Shown one piece after another: positions 48,309 to 56,072 of a DNA stretch of 64,000 nucleotides. Within the stretch, counting starts at the first letter, position 1. Every line of letters starts with the position of its first letter. The translations under genes and the position numbers were made by a program. This DNA comes from Candidatus Vogelbacteria bacterium (GTDB taxonomy: Bacteria > Patescibacteriota > Minisyncoccia > Phycocordibacterales > JACRKE01): assembly GCA_016215335.1 (NCBI GenBank), contig JACRKE010000026.1:1711-65710 (forward strand), in the 5' to 3' direction. Under the pieces are notes generated by a model that saw only the letters and a program-made list of their open reading frames with translations, was not told the origin of the DNA and did no database searches.

Positions 48309-49925
48309 ATGACCCTCGACACCTTTCTCGACTTTCTCAATCGCTTCTTTGATCTAGTTGCGATTGCTTTTCGTTTAAGCTGGAAGAAGATGATAATTCA
48401 TCGTGGCAAAACGGTGTATCTGGATGGACCTAAAAGGCTCCGTCTTTTTTTTGAAATCTCCGGAGGTGCGTATTTAAAGATGGGTCAGATTTTGGCACTT
48501 CGTACCGACATGCTTCCTATTCGTTATACGGATGAGCTTCTTAAACTTTTGTCTCAAGTTCCTGCAACAGATTACAGTGAAATGCAAAGAGTTTTCCATG
48601 AGGAGCTTGGAATGCCACCAGAAGAGTATTTCAAAGAGTTTAATCCAAGTCCTATTGCGTCAGCTTCTATTGGTCAAGTATATAGAGCCACACTTAAGTC
48701 TGGTGCATTAGTCGCAGTGAAGATACAGAGGCCCGGTATTCAAGAGCAGTTTGAGAATGATTTCCACGTGGCTAAATTTGGAGCTGATCTACTACATCTT
48801 TTTGGCATACTTAGCGTTGTCGACTGGCATGAAGTCGTAGGAGAATTTATAAACTGGACCAGGAGAGAGCTTGATTTCACCATTGAGGCTAAAAGCGCGG
48901 AGATTATCTCAAATCACTCAAGCAAGAGGCCGCAGACCCACATACCTAAATATTATACGCAGATTTCAACAAGACGAGTGCTTGTGAGCGAGTTTATAGA
49001 AAATTTAAATTCAGTGGAACGAGTTATTTTAGGACGGCTTAAGAATCCTAAGTATTCAGAGAATCTAAAGAAGGATCACAACATCGATTTAGAAGTGATG
49101 GCAGAATATTTCATTGTTGACATGATCCGACAGTTTTTCATTGATGGATTTTTCCATGCGGATCCGCATCCAGCTAATATCTACCTATTAGATGGCAATC
49201 GACTAGGCTACTTGGATTTCGGCATTATTGGAGAAGTAGGGAATAAGCGTATGAACATGCTTCGCCTTTTGTATGCAATGAAGGAGCGAGATACGTACGA
49301 GATGGCCAAGAGTTTCTTCTCCTTCGCGCGCTTCGCATTTACGGAAGACATTGAAATCATGGAAAAATTGGAAAACGCAGCCTCTAAAGAAAAATATAAA
49401 AAAGCACTTGAAAAGATAGAGGAGATTATGGTGGATAATTTGGTTGAAGATCTCCATGCAATATTAGACCCATGGTATTCGGCACTAGATAAGGTACAAA
49501 GTAGTGAAGCAGATGCGAAAGTTCTTCTCGAATACAACGCTGCTCGCGTTTTTTCTAAAATAATAATGACAGCGAAAGATTATTCAATTTATCTACCTAG
49601 AGAAGTTGCGTTGTTCTTTAGAACTATTTCAATTGTTGACATGGTCGCATTAAAGATTTCGCCCAAGACTAATATGTTGAAGGCGATTGATCAGTTCTTT
49701 GTTGAATTTCCATTAGAAACTGCTGAAGAACTTATAACAGAGGGGACTTACGAAAAAGAAATAGAAGAACGAATCGACCCTCTTCACAACTTAACCTACG
49801 AAGAGGTGATAGAATTAAAGGTACGCGATCAGGACAGACTGAATCTTGCACGCGAAAGACTTGCCGATCTTCTTGCGCATTATGCTGAACGCTATGATGA
49901 AGTAAGAATTATACTTAAGGGATAG
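48309..49925 (+). CDS. ABC1/UbiB-family atypical protein kinase
   Basis: GGAYLKMGQILALRTDMLPIRYTDEL and ASIGQVYRATLKSGALVAVKIQRPGI match ABC1-family motifs. Confidence 0.8.
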   Translation: MTLDTFLDFLNRFFDLVAIAFRLSWKKMIIHRGKTVYLDGPKRLRLFFEISGGAYLKMGQILALRTDMLPIRYTDELLKLLSQVPATDYSEMQRVFHEELGMPPEEYFKEFNPSPIASASIGQVYRATLKSGALVAVKIQRPGIQEQFENDFHVAKFGADLLHLFGILSVVDWHEVVGEFINWTRRELDFTIEAKSAEIISNHSSKRPQTHIPKYYTQISTRRVLVSEFIENLNSVERVILGRLKNPKYSENLKKDHNIDLEVMAEYFIVDMIRQFFIDGFFHADPHPANIYLLDGNRLGYLDFGIIGEVGNKRMNMLRLLYAMKERDTYEMAKSFFSFARFAFTEDIEIMEKLENAASKEKYKKALEKIEEIMVDNLVEDLHAILDPWYSALDKVQSSEADAKVLLEYNAARVFSKIIMTAKDYSIYLPREVALFFRTISIVDMVALKISPKTNMLKAIDQFFVEFPLETAEELITEGTYEKEIEERIDPLHNLTYEEVIELKVRDQDRLNLARERLADLLAHYAERYDEVRIILKG

Positions 49926-49933
49926 GGAGGGGA

Positions 49934-49964
49934 AGTATATAGTAAATCGAATATAGTATATAGG
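49934..49964 (-). promoter_or_regulatory. AT-rich element, inverted-orientation copy
   Basis: AGTATATAGTAAATCGAATATAGTATATAGG (reverse complement CCTATATACTATATTCGATTTACTATATACT), 5 nt before the ATG at 49970. Confidence 0.45.
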
Positions 49965-49969
49965 AACAG

Positions 49970-50323
49970 ATGATTAATCATTTTAAGGATTTGGTTGTAT
50001 ATCAGAAATCTCATACATTGGCTGTTGAGGTATACAAAGTCACTCGAAAATTTCCTAATTCTGAAATTTTTGCACTCGCAAATCAGATGCAGAGAGCAGC
50101 TGTATCAGTTACCTCAAATATAGCAGAAGGCTTTTCCAGGAAGACTGTTAATGAAAAACTTCAGTTCTATTCATTTTCAAAAGGTTCTCTGTATGAGCTT
50201 CAGAGTCAGCTTTTAATATCTAAGGATCTCGGATATGTTAATCCAGACGCAGTATTTATTCTTGAAAACCTGATTGATGAAGTTGGACGATTATTGACTG
50301 GTGTACAACAAGCTTTGAAATGA
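49970..50323 (+). CDS. four-helix-bundle protein (23S rRNA-intervening-sequence protein / Avd-like family)
   Basis: FKDLVVYQKSHTLAVEVYKVTRKFPNSEIFALANQMQRAAVSVTSNIAEGFSRKT matches the TIGR02436/PF05635 pattern. Confidence 0.8.
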   Translation: MINHFKDLVVYQKSHTLAVEVYKVTRKFPNSEIFALANQMQRAAVSVTSNIAEGFSRKTVNEKLQFYSFSKGSLYELQSQLLISKDLGYVNPDAVFILENLIDEVGRLLTGVQQALK

Positions 50324-50352
50324 AGGGTACTTCTTATATAATATTCTGAGTT

Positions 50353-50390
50353 CGCTATATACTATTTACTAAATACAATATACTAATCAC
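50353..50390 (+). promoter_or_regulatory. AT-rich element, direct copy (near-identical to copy at 61757-61797)
   Basis: CGCTATATACTATTTACTAAATACAATATACTAATCAC immediately followed by the ATG at 50391. Confidence 0.5.
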
Positions 50391-50558
50391 ATGAAATATC
50401 CTTGGACAGCAATATCACTCACCGTTATTTGGCTCTCGACTACATATATGATCATTAAGCAGCCTAGTCTGCATGTGAATCAAATTCTTCTAATTACTCT
50501 CATTGGCACAATTATAATCGCGCTCATTGGTTTCCGTTCTCCGACACTTAGAAAATAA
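50391..50558 (+). CDS. small membrane peptide (55 aa), paralog of 48058-48213; not in the ORF track
   Basis: MKYPWTAISLTVIWLSTTYMIIKQPSLHVNQILLITLIGTIIIALIGFRSPTLRK; shares the W-T, VIW-S and IGFRS blocks with the 48058 peptide. Confidence 0.45.
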   Translation: MKYPWTAISLTVIWLSTTYMIIKQPSLHVNQILLITLIGTIIIALIGFRSPTLRK

Positions 50559-50943
50559 CTTCTTGTATTTAGGTTCGAGTTAGTGTGTTTTGTTTTACGA
50601 AACTTGGGAGGGCGACGGTCCGAGCACGAGGAATTTTTCACCAGAAAAATATCCGTGTTCGCAAAATAAAATACACGAGAGAAAGTTGTCCACATATTTT
50701 TGCAATATTTCATTGTGAATAATATTTTTTTATTCGATAATAGTATATAGAGGTAATGTAGTTTTTGTTTTCATATAAATATTTTTGAAAGCAAAAGGTC
50801 GACATTATCATTCTTATCAATCAAGCACAAACAAAATGGCAGCAAAGAAAAAAGCAGCAAAGAAGAAGACAGCAAAGAAGTCGGCAAAGCGTCGATAACT
50901 TTGATTGCGAAGCCCTCGGCATTCGCACTTCATTCACTTAAGA

Positions 50944-50982
50944 GAAAACCTCGCACCACCAACTGGCGGACGCGAGGTTTTC
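50944..50982 (+). terminator. rho-independent terminator (GAAAACCTCGC-N17-GCGAGGTTTTC followed by TCTTGTTC)
   Basis: 11-bp perfect stem followed by a T-rich tract; 45 nt downstream of the tiny Lys-rich ORF stop. Confidence 0.55.
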
Positions 50983-51063
50983 TCTTGTTCTAAATCTTTC
51001 TTTCTAACGTTCTGGTTATATGTTACAATGAAGCGTTAATCTATTACGACAAGCGAGGAGAAA

Positions 51064-51129
51064 TGTGTAAACGTATCTCGTTTACACAGAGTCCGAGTCG
51101 AAGTCGCAAAAAAGGGTATAATACCCTTT
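51064..51129 (+). promoter_or_regulatory. secA upstream region: hairpin TGTGTAAACG-N5-CGTTTACACA plus palindrome AAAGGGTAT-A-ATACCCTTT embedding a TATAAT hexamer
   Basis: 10-bp inverted repeat at 51064-51088; 19-bp perfect palindrome at 51111-51129 with TATAAT at 51117-51122, 20 nt before the secA ATG. Confidence 0.35.
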
Positions 51130-51141
51130 ACAATCATATAT

Positions 51142-53670
51142 ATGGCCATGTTAGATGGTTTGACTAAACTTTTTGGTGATGGAACAGGTGCCTATTTAAA
51201 GGCGACGCGTAGAACTGTTGAAAAAATCAATTCTCTAGAACATGAATTTGAGAAAAAAACTGACGATGAACTCAAGAACATTTCACATATTTTTAAAGAA
51301 AAGTTGGTGAATGGTTTAACTCTGGACGATATTTTACCTGAAGCTTTTGCCGCTGTGCGCGAAGCCGCCAAGAGAACCATAAAGCAACGCCATTATGATG
51401 TTCAACTGATTGGAGGCATAACAATGCACGAGGGTAAGATTGCTGAGATGCGTACGGGAGAGGGTAAAACTCTTGTGGCAACATTGCCGGCGTATTTAAA
51501 TGCGCTTTCAGGCAAGGGCGTGCATGTGGTTACTGTTAATGACTATTTGTCGAGACGCGACACTGTATGGATGGGACAAATCTATAATGCGCTTGGACTA
51601 ACAAACGCTGTAATCAATCACGAATCTTCTTTTATTTATGATCCTAAGCATGTATCGCAATCTGAAGAAAAAGAGTTGGACGAAAAACGCGATGAACTCG
51701 GAAGTTTCAAGGTTGTATATGAATTCTTAAGACCTTGTACTAGGCGTGAAGCGTACGAGGCTGATATTACTTATGGTACCAACAACGAATTTGGCTTTGA
51801 CTACCTACGCGACCATCTTGTGTATCATGAGAAAAATCTATCACAACGCGACTACAATTTTGCAATTGTGGACGAAGTTGACTCAATCCTGATTGATGAA
51901 TCGCGTACTCCACTTATTATTTCATCTCCGTTTGCTGACGCGGAAACGCTGTATCAAAAATTTTCACAAATCGCAGAACAGCTTAATCAGGACGAGCATT
52001 ATGAAGTAGATGAGAAGTTGCGGGCCGTAACTCTAAAAGAGACGGGGATCGATAGGGCAGAGAGTTTACTTGGTGTAGACAATATTTATACAGAAAAAGG
52101 CATTAAATATGTACATCATCTGGAGACTGCTATTCGAGCTAAGGCACTTTTTGAAAGAGACAGAGAGTACGTAGTCAAAGACGGTGAGATAATAATCGTG
52201 GATGAATCAACTGGGCGACTCCAACCTGGACGCAGATGGTCTGAAGGACTTCACCAGGCCATAGAATCAAAGGAAGGTGTAAAAGTTCAACAAGAGTCTC
52301 GCACGCTTGCATCAATTAGTTTTCAGAACTATTTCAGACCGTATGCGAAGCTTGCAGGCATGACGGGAACTGCTTACACATCTAAAGAAGAGTTTTTCAA
52401 GGTGTACGAACTCGATGTAATACCAGTTCCACCAAACAAAACTAGTGGCCGTAAAGATGAGAATGATTTTATTTTCCAGACAGAGATGGGTAAGTTCAAG
52501 GCAGTTGCAAGACAGATTAAAGAACTCAATGCTAAGGGTCAACCGGTTCTTGTGGGTACTGTTTCAATTGAGAAGAACGAACTTCTTTCTGCTTTTCTCA
52601 ATAAAGAGGGCATTAAACACGAGATCCTGAATGCTAAAAATCACGAGAGAGAAGGTGAGATAATTGCGCAAGCCGGTCGCAAAGGAAGCGTAGTAATAGC
52701 TACTAACATGGCGGGAAGAGGAGTGGACATTCTGCTTGGTGGCGCGCCTTATGACAAAGAGGCGGCTGATGAAGTTAGGTCGCTCGGTGGCCTTGCTGTG
52801 ATAGGTACCGAACGTCACGAGGCGCGCCGTATCGACAACCAGCTTCGAGGTCGTTCAGGACGACAAGGCGACCCAGGGTCTACGCAATTTTTCGTTTCTC
52901 TCGAGGATTCTCTTATGAGAGTTTTTGCTTCAGACATGGTCAAAAACATGATGGGCAAGTTAGGCATCCCAGAAGATGAACCCATACAGAACAGAATGGT
53001 GAGTAAGGCCTTAGAGTCAGCGCAAGAGAAGATCGAGGGATTCAACTTCGATTCTAGAAAACACTTGCTTGAATATGATGACGTACTTAATCACCATAGA
53101 CGTTCGATATACACTAAGCGCCAGGATTTACTCAAAGCTGATCTTGACGGACTAATAGACTTTGTAGATCAGGTGAGCGGCGGTGATGAGAAAATGAAAA
53201 TCATGATTGAGGAGAAGAGGAAACTCCTTGGAGATGAAACTTTTCGCGACATTTTACGCCAGCTCATACTACAGCTCATTGATCTCTACTGGATGGAACA
53301 CCTGGAGGCTATGGAATACATGCGGGGTAGCGTGCGTTTGCGAGCATACGGCCAACGTGATCCACTCGTTGAATATAAACGCGAGGGCTTAAGACTTTTC
53401 AAAAATCTTGAAGAGGATATTAACAACGAGATACTTAGACTAATTCCAACGATCGGCGCAGTGCAATTCGCACAAGCAGAACAGAAAGGCGAAGCAATAC
53501 ATTTAGAGCCCAATTCACTTTCGAAAGAATCTAATGGTTCGGGTGCTGATAAGAGGAATATAAGACCGGCAGCGATTAAACATCTAAATAAAGACGGTAG
53601 TGAAATCGGACGCAACGACCTATGCTACTGCGGGAGCGGGAAGAAGTATAAGAAGTGTCATGGGAGATAG
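51142..53670 (+). CDS. secA: preprotein translocase ATPase SecA
   Basis: MRTGEGKTLVATLPAYLNAL Walker A, DEVDSILIDE DEAD-like box, C-terminal zinc finger CYCGSGKKYKKCHG; 842 aa. Confidence 0.95.
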   Translation: MAMLDGLTKLFGDGTGAYLKATRRTVEKINSLEHEFEKKTDDELKNISHIFKEKLVNGLTLDDILPEAFAAVREAAKRTIKQRHYDVQLIGGITMHEGKIAEMRTGEGKTLVATLPAYLNALSGKGVHVVTVNDYLSRRDTVWMGQIYNALGLTNAVINHESSFIYDPKHVSQSEEKELDEKRDELGSFKVVYEFLRPCTRREAYEADITYGTNNEFGFDYLRDHLVYHEKNLSQRDYNFAIVDEVDSILIDESRTPLIISSPFADAETLYQKFSQIAEQLNQDEHYEVDEKLRAVTLKETGIDRAESLLGVDNIYTEKGIKYVHHLETAIRAKALFERDREYVVKDGEIIIVDESTGRLQPGRRWSEGLHQAIESKEGVKVQQESRTLASISFQNYFRPYAKLAGMTGTAYTSKEEFFKVYELDVIPVPPNKTSGRKDENDFIFQTEMGKFKAVARQIKELNAKGQPVLVGTVSIEKNELLSAFLNKEGIKHEILNAKNHEREGEIIAQAGRKGSVVIATNMAGRGVDILLGGAPYDKEAADEVRSLGGLAVIGTERHEARRIDNQLRGRSGRQGDPGSTQFFVSLEDSLMRVFASDMVKNMMGKLGIPEDEPIQNRMVSKALESAQEKIEGFNFDSRKHLLEYDDVLNHHRRSIYTKRQDLLKADLDGLIDFVDQVSGGDEKMKIMIEEKRKLLGDETFRDILRQLILQLIDLYWMEHLEAMEYMRGSVRLRAYGQRDPLVEYKREGLRLFKNLEEDINNEILRLIPTIGAVQFAQAEQKGEAIHLEPNSLSKESNGSGADKRNIRPAAIKHLNKDGSEIGRNDLCYCGSGKKYKKCHGR

Positions 53671-53688
53671 TACGATTGAGAAATATTT

Positions 53689-54102
53689 ATGTACGAACGA
53701 CCGTATAATACTGAAGAGATAAAAAAGAATTATCCAGATAAGGCTGACTTCTTGATGAATGACCCCGTACATCGTTGGCGTGCAGAGACTGGGATTGAGT
53801 TGATTCACAAAGAGCCTACGCTTGAGGAGCAGAAAAGAATATGGCGTAACTGGCTAGAGATGACTGATGATATGAAGGAAGAGAGTGACCGTAAAAGTTT
53901 ACAACTTTTCGATAAAGATAATGAATCCAATAATCAAGAAATCATGAAAAGTTGGAGTGAGGTCGATTTTAAAAAGCGAACCCCCGAGCGGACTTGTCCG
54001 CTCGGGGGTAAGTTGAGCACGAATGCTGGCAGGTTCTCTTGGGTTGTCAGGCGAGGATCAGGGCTCCTGCGTAGATGTCGGGGACGAGTTGAGACTCGAT
54101 AG
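53689..54102 (+). CDS. hypothetical protein; 3' end uncertain (reading frame runs through a GC hairpin into the GC-rich islet)
   Basis: 137-aa ORF with no recognisable domain; the last ~40 codons overlap a convergent minus-strand gene and its terminator. Confidence 0.3.
   Translation: MYERPYNTEEIKKNYPDKADFLMNDPVHRWRAETGIELIHKEPTLEEQKRIWRNWLEMTDDMKEESDRKSLQLFDKDNESNNQEIMKSWSEVDFKKRTPERTCPLGGKLSTNAGRFSWVVRRGSGLLRRCRGRVETR
53981..54008 (-). terminator. GC hairpin CCCCCGAGCGGA-CTTG-TCCGCTCGGGGG; on the minus strand it is followed by TTCGCTTTTT
   Basis: 12-bp perfect GC stem 38 nt past the stop of the minus-strand small ORF; T-run on the minus strand. Confidence 0.5.
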
Positions 54103-54214
54103 TATCCTCGGGTTCGACATCAGGAAAGTCGTCGCCCTCGGCCTGGACGCCTTCGTTGTCAGTATTGTAGTTGCGTCGGCCAAGGCCAAGAGCTCGAACG
54201 ATTCGAGAAATCAT
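54047..54214 (-). CDS. small acidic protein (55 aa) in GC-rich islet; not in the ORF track
   Basis: MISRIVRALGLGRRNYNTDNEGVQAEGDDFPDVEPEDTIESQLVPDIYAGALILA. Strong SD GAGGAGGAAA (rc of 54219-54228) 4 nt before the ATG. Own terminator. Local GC is visibly far above the flanks. Confidence 0.4.
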   Translation of the reverse strand: MISRIVRALGLGRRNYNTDNEGVQAEGDDFPDVEPEDTIESQLVPDIYAGALILA

Positions 54215-54244
54215 GGGGTTTCCTCCTCAAATAGTCACGGGTCA

Positions 54245-54285
54245 GCGGGTAAAATAGGGGCTCATAAAGACGCTATTTTACCCGC
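54245..54285. promoter_or_regulatory. inverted repeat GCGGGTAAAATAG-N15-CTATTTTACCCGC upstream of the minus-strand small ORF
   Basis: 13-bp perfect arms 30 nt upstream of the 54214 start (minus-strand sense); operator or leader-hairpin candidate. Confidence 0.3.
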
Positions 54286-54447
54286 CCACATATGCATTCG
54301 TACAAAAAAGAACAATCTTCGCGCCGAGCGAAGCCTTACAACTTATCATTACAGCAATTTAGAATCAAGTGCATAAGTTACCGTAAGGTTAAACCTTGCA
54401 GGTTTCTGGTAGTGGATATTTATTCTCCAAAATGAGAATATGAGTGT

Positions 54448-55182
54448 ATGAATGTAGATGATAAATTATACAAATGGAAATATGTTCTCAACGAGCCTGA
54501 CTGGTACGTCCGCCTTTTACCTGAGCTCAAAGAGGTTCTTGCTTTTGTTTCAACTCAGACACCAGATGCAAAACTCAAACTCAAAAATCAGGTTTACAAC
54601 TTCTTTGAGCAAGAGATCAAAGCGGGAAATGTAAAATTCGCATCAACTGGCTACAATTTTGATGCAGAGCGTAAACCTATTGATACTGTTGTAATTCATC
54701 ATACCGAAAATCTACCGAGTATTACTTGGCAGCGAGTCAATGTTACCCACATGCTTAAGCTTTATGTTCCTTACTACGCTAACCCAACACTGCCACAAGA
54801 GATGCACATTAAAGGCACTCCACTCTACTCTGGACACACGAGAGCCGGAAAGCAGGTATTTTATTCATACCACTGGCTCGTTCGCAACGATGGAAGTTTT
54901 GAACGATTGCTTCACGACAATGAGACAGGGTGGCACGCAGGCAATTGGGATGTTAATTGTAGAAGTGTTGGTATTGCTCTCGATAATGATTATACAAACT
55001 CAAAACCCTCGAGTGGCGAACTCAAAGCTATCGTAAAGTTGATTAAAGAAAATTATAGCGGTGTGCTAAAACAAAACATTATTGGTCACGGCGAAGTAAA
55101 CAACAAAACTTGTCCTTCAAATTTGTTTCTATCGAAAAATGGAGTCAGAGGATGGAAAGAAGATCTGCTTGCGCTGTTATAA
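54448..55182 (+). CDS. N-acetylmuramoyl-L-alanine amidase (Amidase_2/PGRP fold)
   Basis: DTVVIHHTE ... GWHAGNWDVN ... IIGHGEVNNKTCPS match the amidase_2 Zn-ligand pattern. Confidence 0.7.
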   Translation: MNVDDKLYKWKYVLNEPDWYVRLLPELKEVLAFVSTQTPDAKLKLKNQVYNFFEQEIKAGNVKFASTGYNFDAERKPIDTVVIHHTENLPSITWQRVNVTHMLKLYVPYYANPTLPQEMHIKGTPLYSGHTRAGKQVFYSYHWLVRNDGSFERLLHDNETGWHAGNWDVNCRSVGIALDNDYTNSKPSSGELKAIVKLIKENYSGVLKQNIIGHGEVNNKTCPSNLFLSKNGVRGWKEDLLALL

Positions 55183-55190
55183 ATTACTTT

Positions 55191-55235
55191 TAGACGTCCG
55201 ACGTCTGGATTCTGCTTTAAGACGTCGGACGTCTA
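55191..55235. terminator. 16-bp-stem hairpin TAGACGTCCGACGTCT-N13-AGACGTCGGACGTCTA (each arm is itself near-palindromic, with two GACGTC sites)
   Basis: lies between the amidase stop (55182) and the NUDIX start (55245); no T-run follows, so it may be regulatory rather than a terminator. Confidence 0.4.
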
Positions 55236-55244
55236 GGTGAAATC

Positions 55245-55721
55245 ATGAAAAAATTCCAAATATTTATTGAACGCCGTGCGTATAAAATGCTCTTGCCCGT
55301 AGCGCAACTTTACTGGTTTATTTTTAGGCCAGTAACCGATGGAGCCAAATGCTTGATAGTCACAGAGGGAAAGTTGTTGCTTATCCAAAATACATATCAC
55401 AGATATGGACTTTGGAATCTGCCTGGTGGTAGAGTTGATCTAGGAGAAAAGCCAGAAGAAACAGTAATTAGAGAAGTGATGGAGGAGGTAGGTGTGAAGT
55501 TAGACACTGTTACAAAACTTGGTGAATGGTTTACAAGAGCTGAATATAAACATGATACCGTACACTTTTATTTGGCAGAATTTGCGGGTATTCCCGAGAT
55601 AAATATTGACCCGGTGGAGATTAGTAAGGCCGAATGGTTTCCGCTTGATGCCTTGCCAGATAACTGCTTTTTCTCTGTTAAAAAAGCCTTGGAAATGTAC
55701 TATACTAGAAGTAAAATATGA
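55245..55721 (+). CDS. NUDIX hydrolase
   Basis: Nudix box GGRVDLGEKPEETVIREVMEEVGV. Confidence 0.8.
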   Translation: MKKFQIFIERRAYKMLLPVAQLYWFIFRPVTDGAKCLIVTEGKLLLIQNTYHRYGLWNLPGGRVDLGEKPEETVIREVMEEVGVKLDTVTKLGEWFTRAEYKHDTVHFYLAEFAGIPEINIDPVEISKAEWFPLDALPDNCFFSVKKALEMYYTRSKI

Positions 55722-56053
55722 CAATAATAATTCGTTGGATTATAAATGCGTTAGTTCTCCTTGGAATAGCTTATATTGTGCCCGGAATCGTGGTTGGAAG
55801 TTTCTATAATGCTCTCATTGTGGCAGTGGTGCTCGCGATAGTGAACATTATCTTAAAACCGATACTTGTATTACTGACATTGCCTATAAATGTTATGACA
55901 CTTGGGCTTTTTACCCTTGTGATAAATGCTCTGCTTTTCTGGTTTGCTTCGACTGTGGCAAAGGGATTTTATGTTGAAGGATTTATAGCCGCTTTCCTGG
56001 GTTCGCTCATTTTTACTGTATTTACTTCTGTAACTCATAAGTATATTAAATAA
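55718..56053 (+). CDS. phage-holin-4 family (YvlD/PF04020-like) membrane protein
   Basis: four TM helices; LLTLPINVMTLGLFTLVINALLFWFAS..GFYVEGFIAAFLGSLIF is collinear with B. subtilis YvlD. ATGA overlap with the upstream NUDIX stop implies translational coupling. Confidence 0.7.
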   Translation: MTIIIRWIINALVLLGIAYIVPGIVVGSFYNALIVAVVLAIVNIILKPILVLLTLPINVMTLGLFTLVINALLFWFASTVAKGFYVEGFIAAFLGSLIFTVFTSVTHKYIK

Positions 56054-56072
56054 AAAGAAGATAAAAAATTAA

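Noticed and set aside
50560-50600. tRNA-like GGTTCGAGTT T-loop-like string in the spacer after the small peptide gene
   Set aside because: No acceptor stem, anticodon arm or CCA-compatible 3' end could be built around it; it is treated as chance.
51192-53615. Multiple 60-110 aa antisense ORFs inside secA, typA, gatB, traD-like and GT genes
   Set aside because: They are embedded in confidently identified genes on the opposite strand, with no independent signals. They are typical shadow ORFs.
54023-54376. Plus-strand 117-aa ORF across the GC-rich islet
   Set aside because: It is a shadow of the minus-strand gene, which has a canonical SD and terminator. It has no start context and crosses the 13-bp inverted repeat.
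54448-56053. Prophage interpretation of the amidase + holin pair
   Set aside because: No capsid, terminase, portal, integrase or tail genes and no att-like repeats in the window. It is kept only as a lysis-like module.
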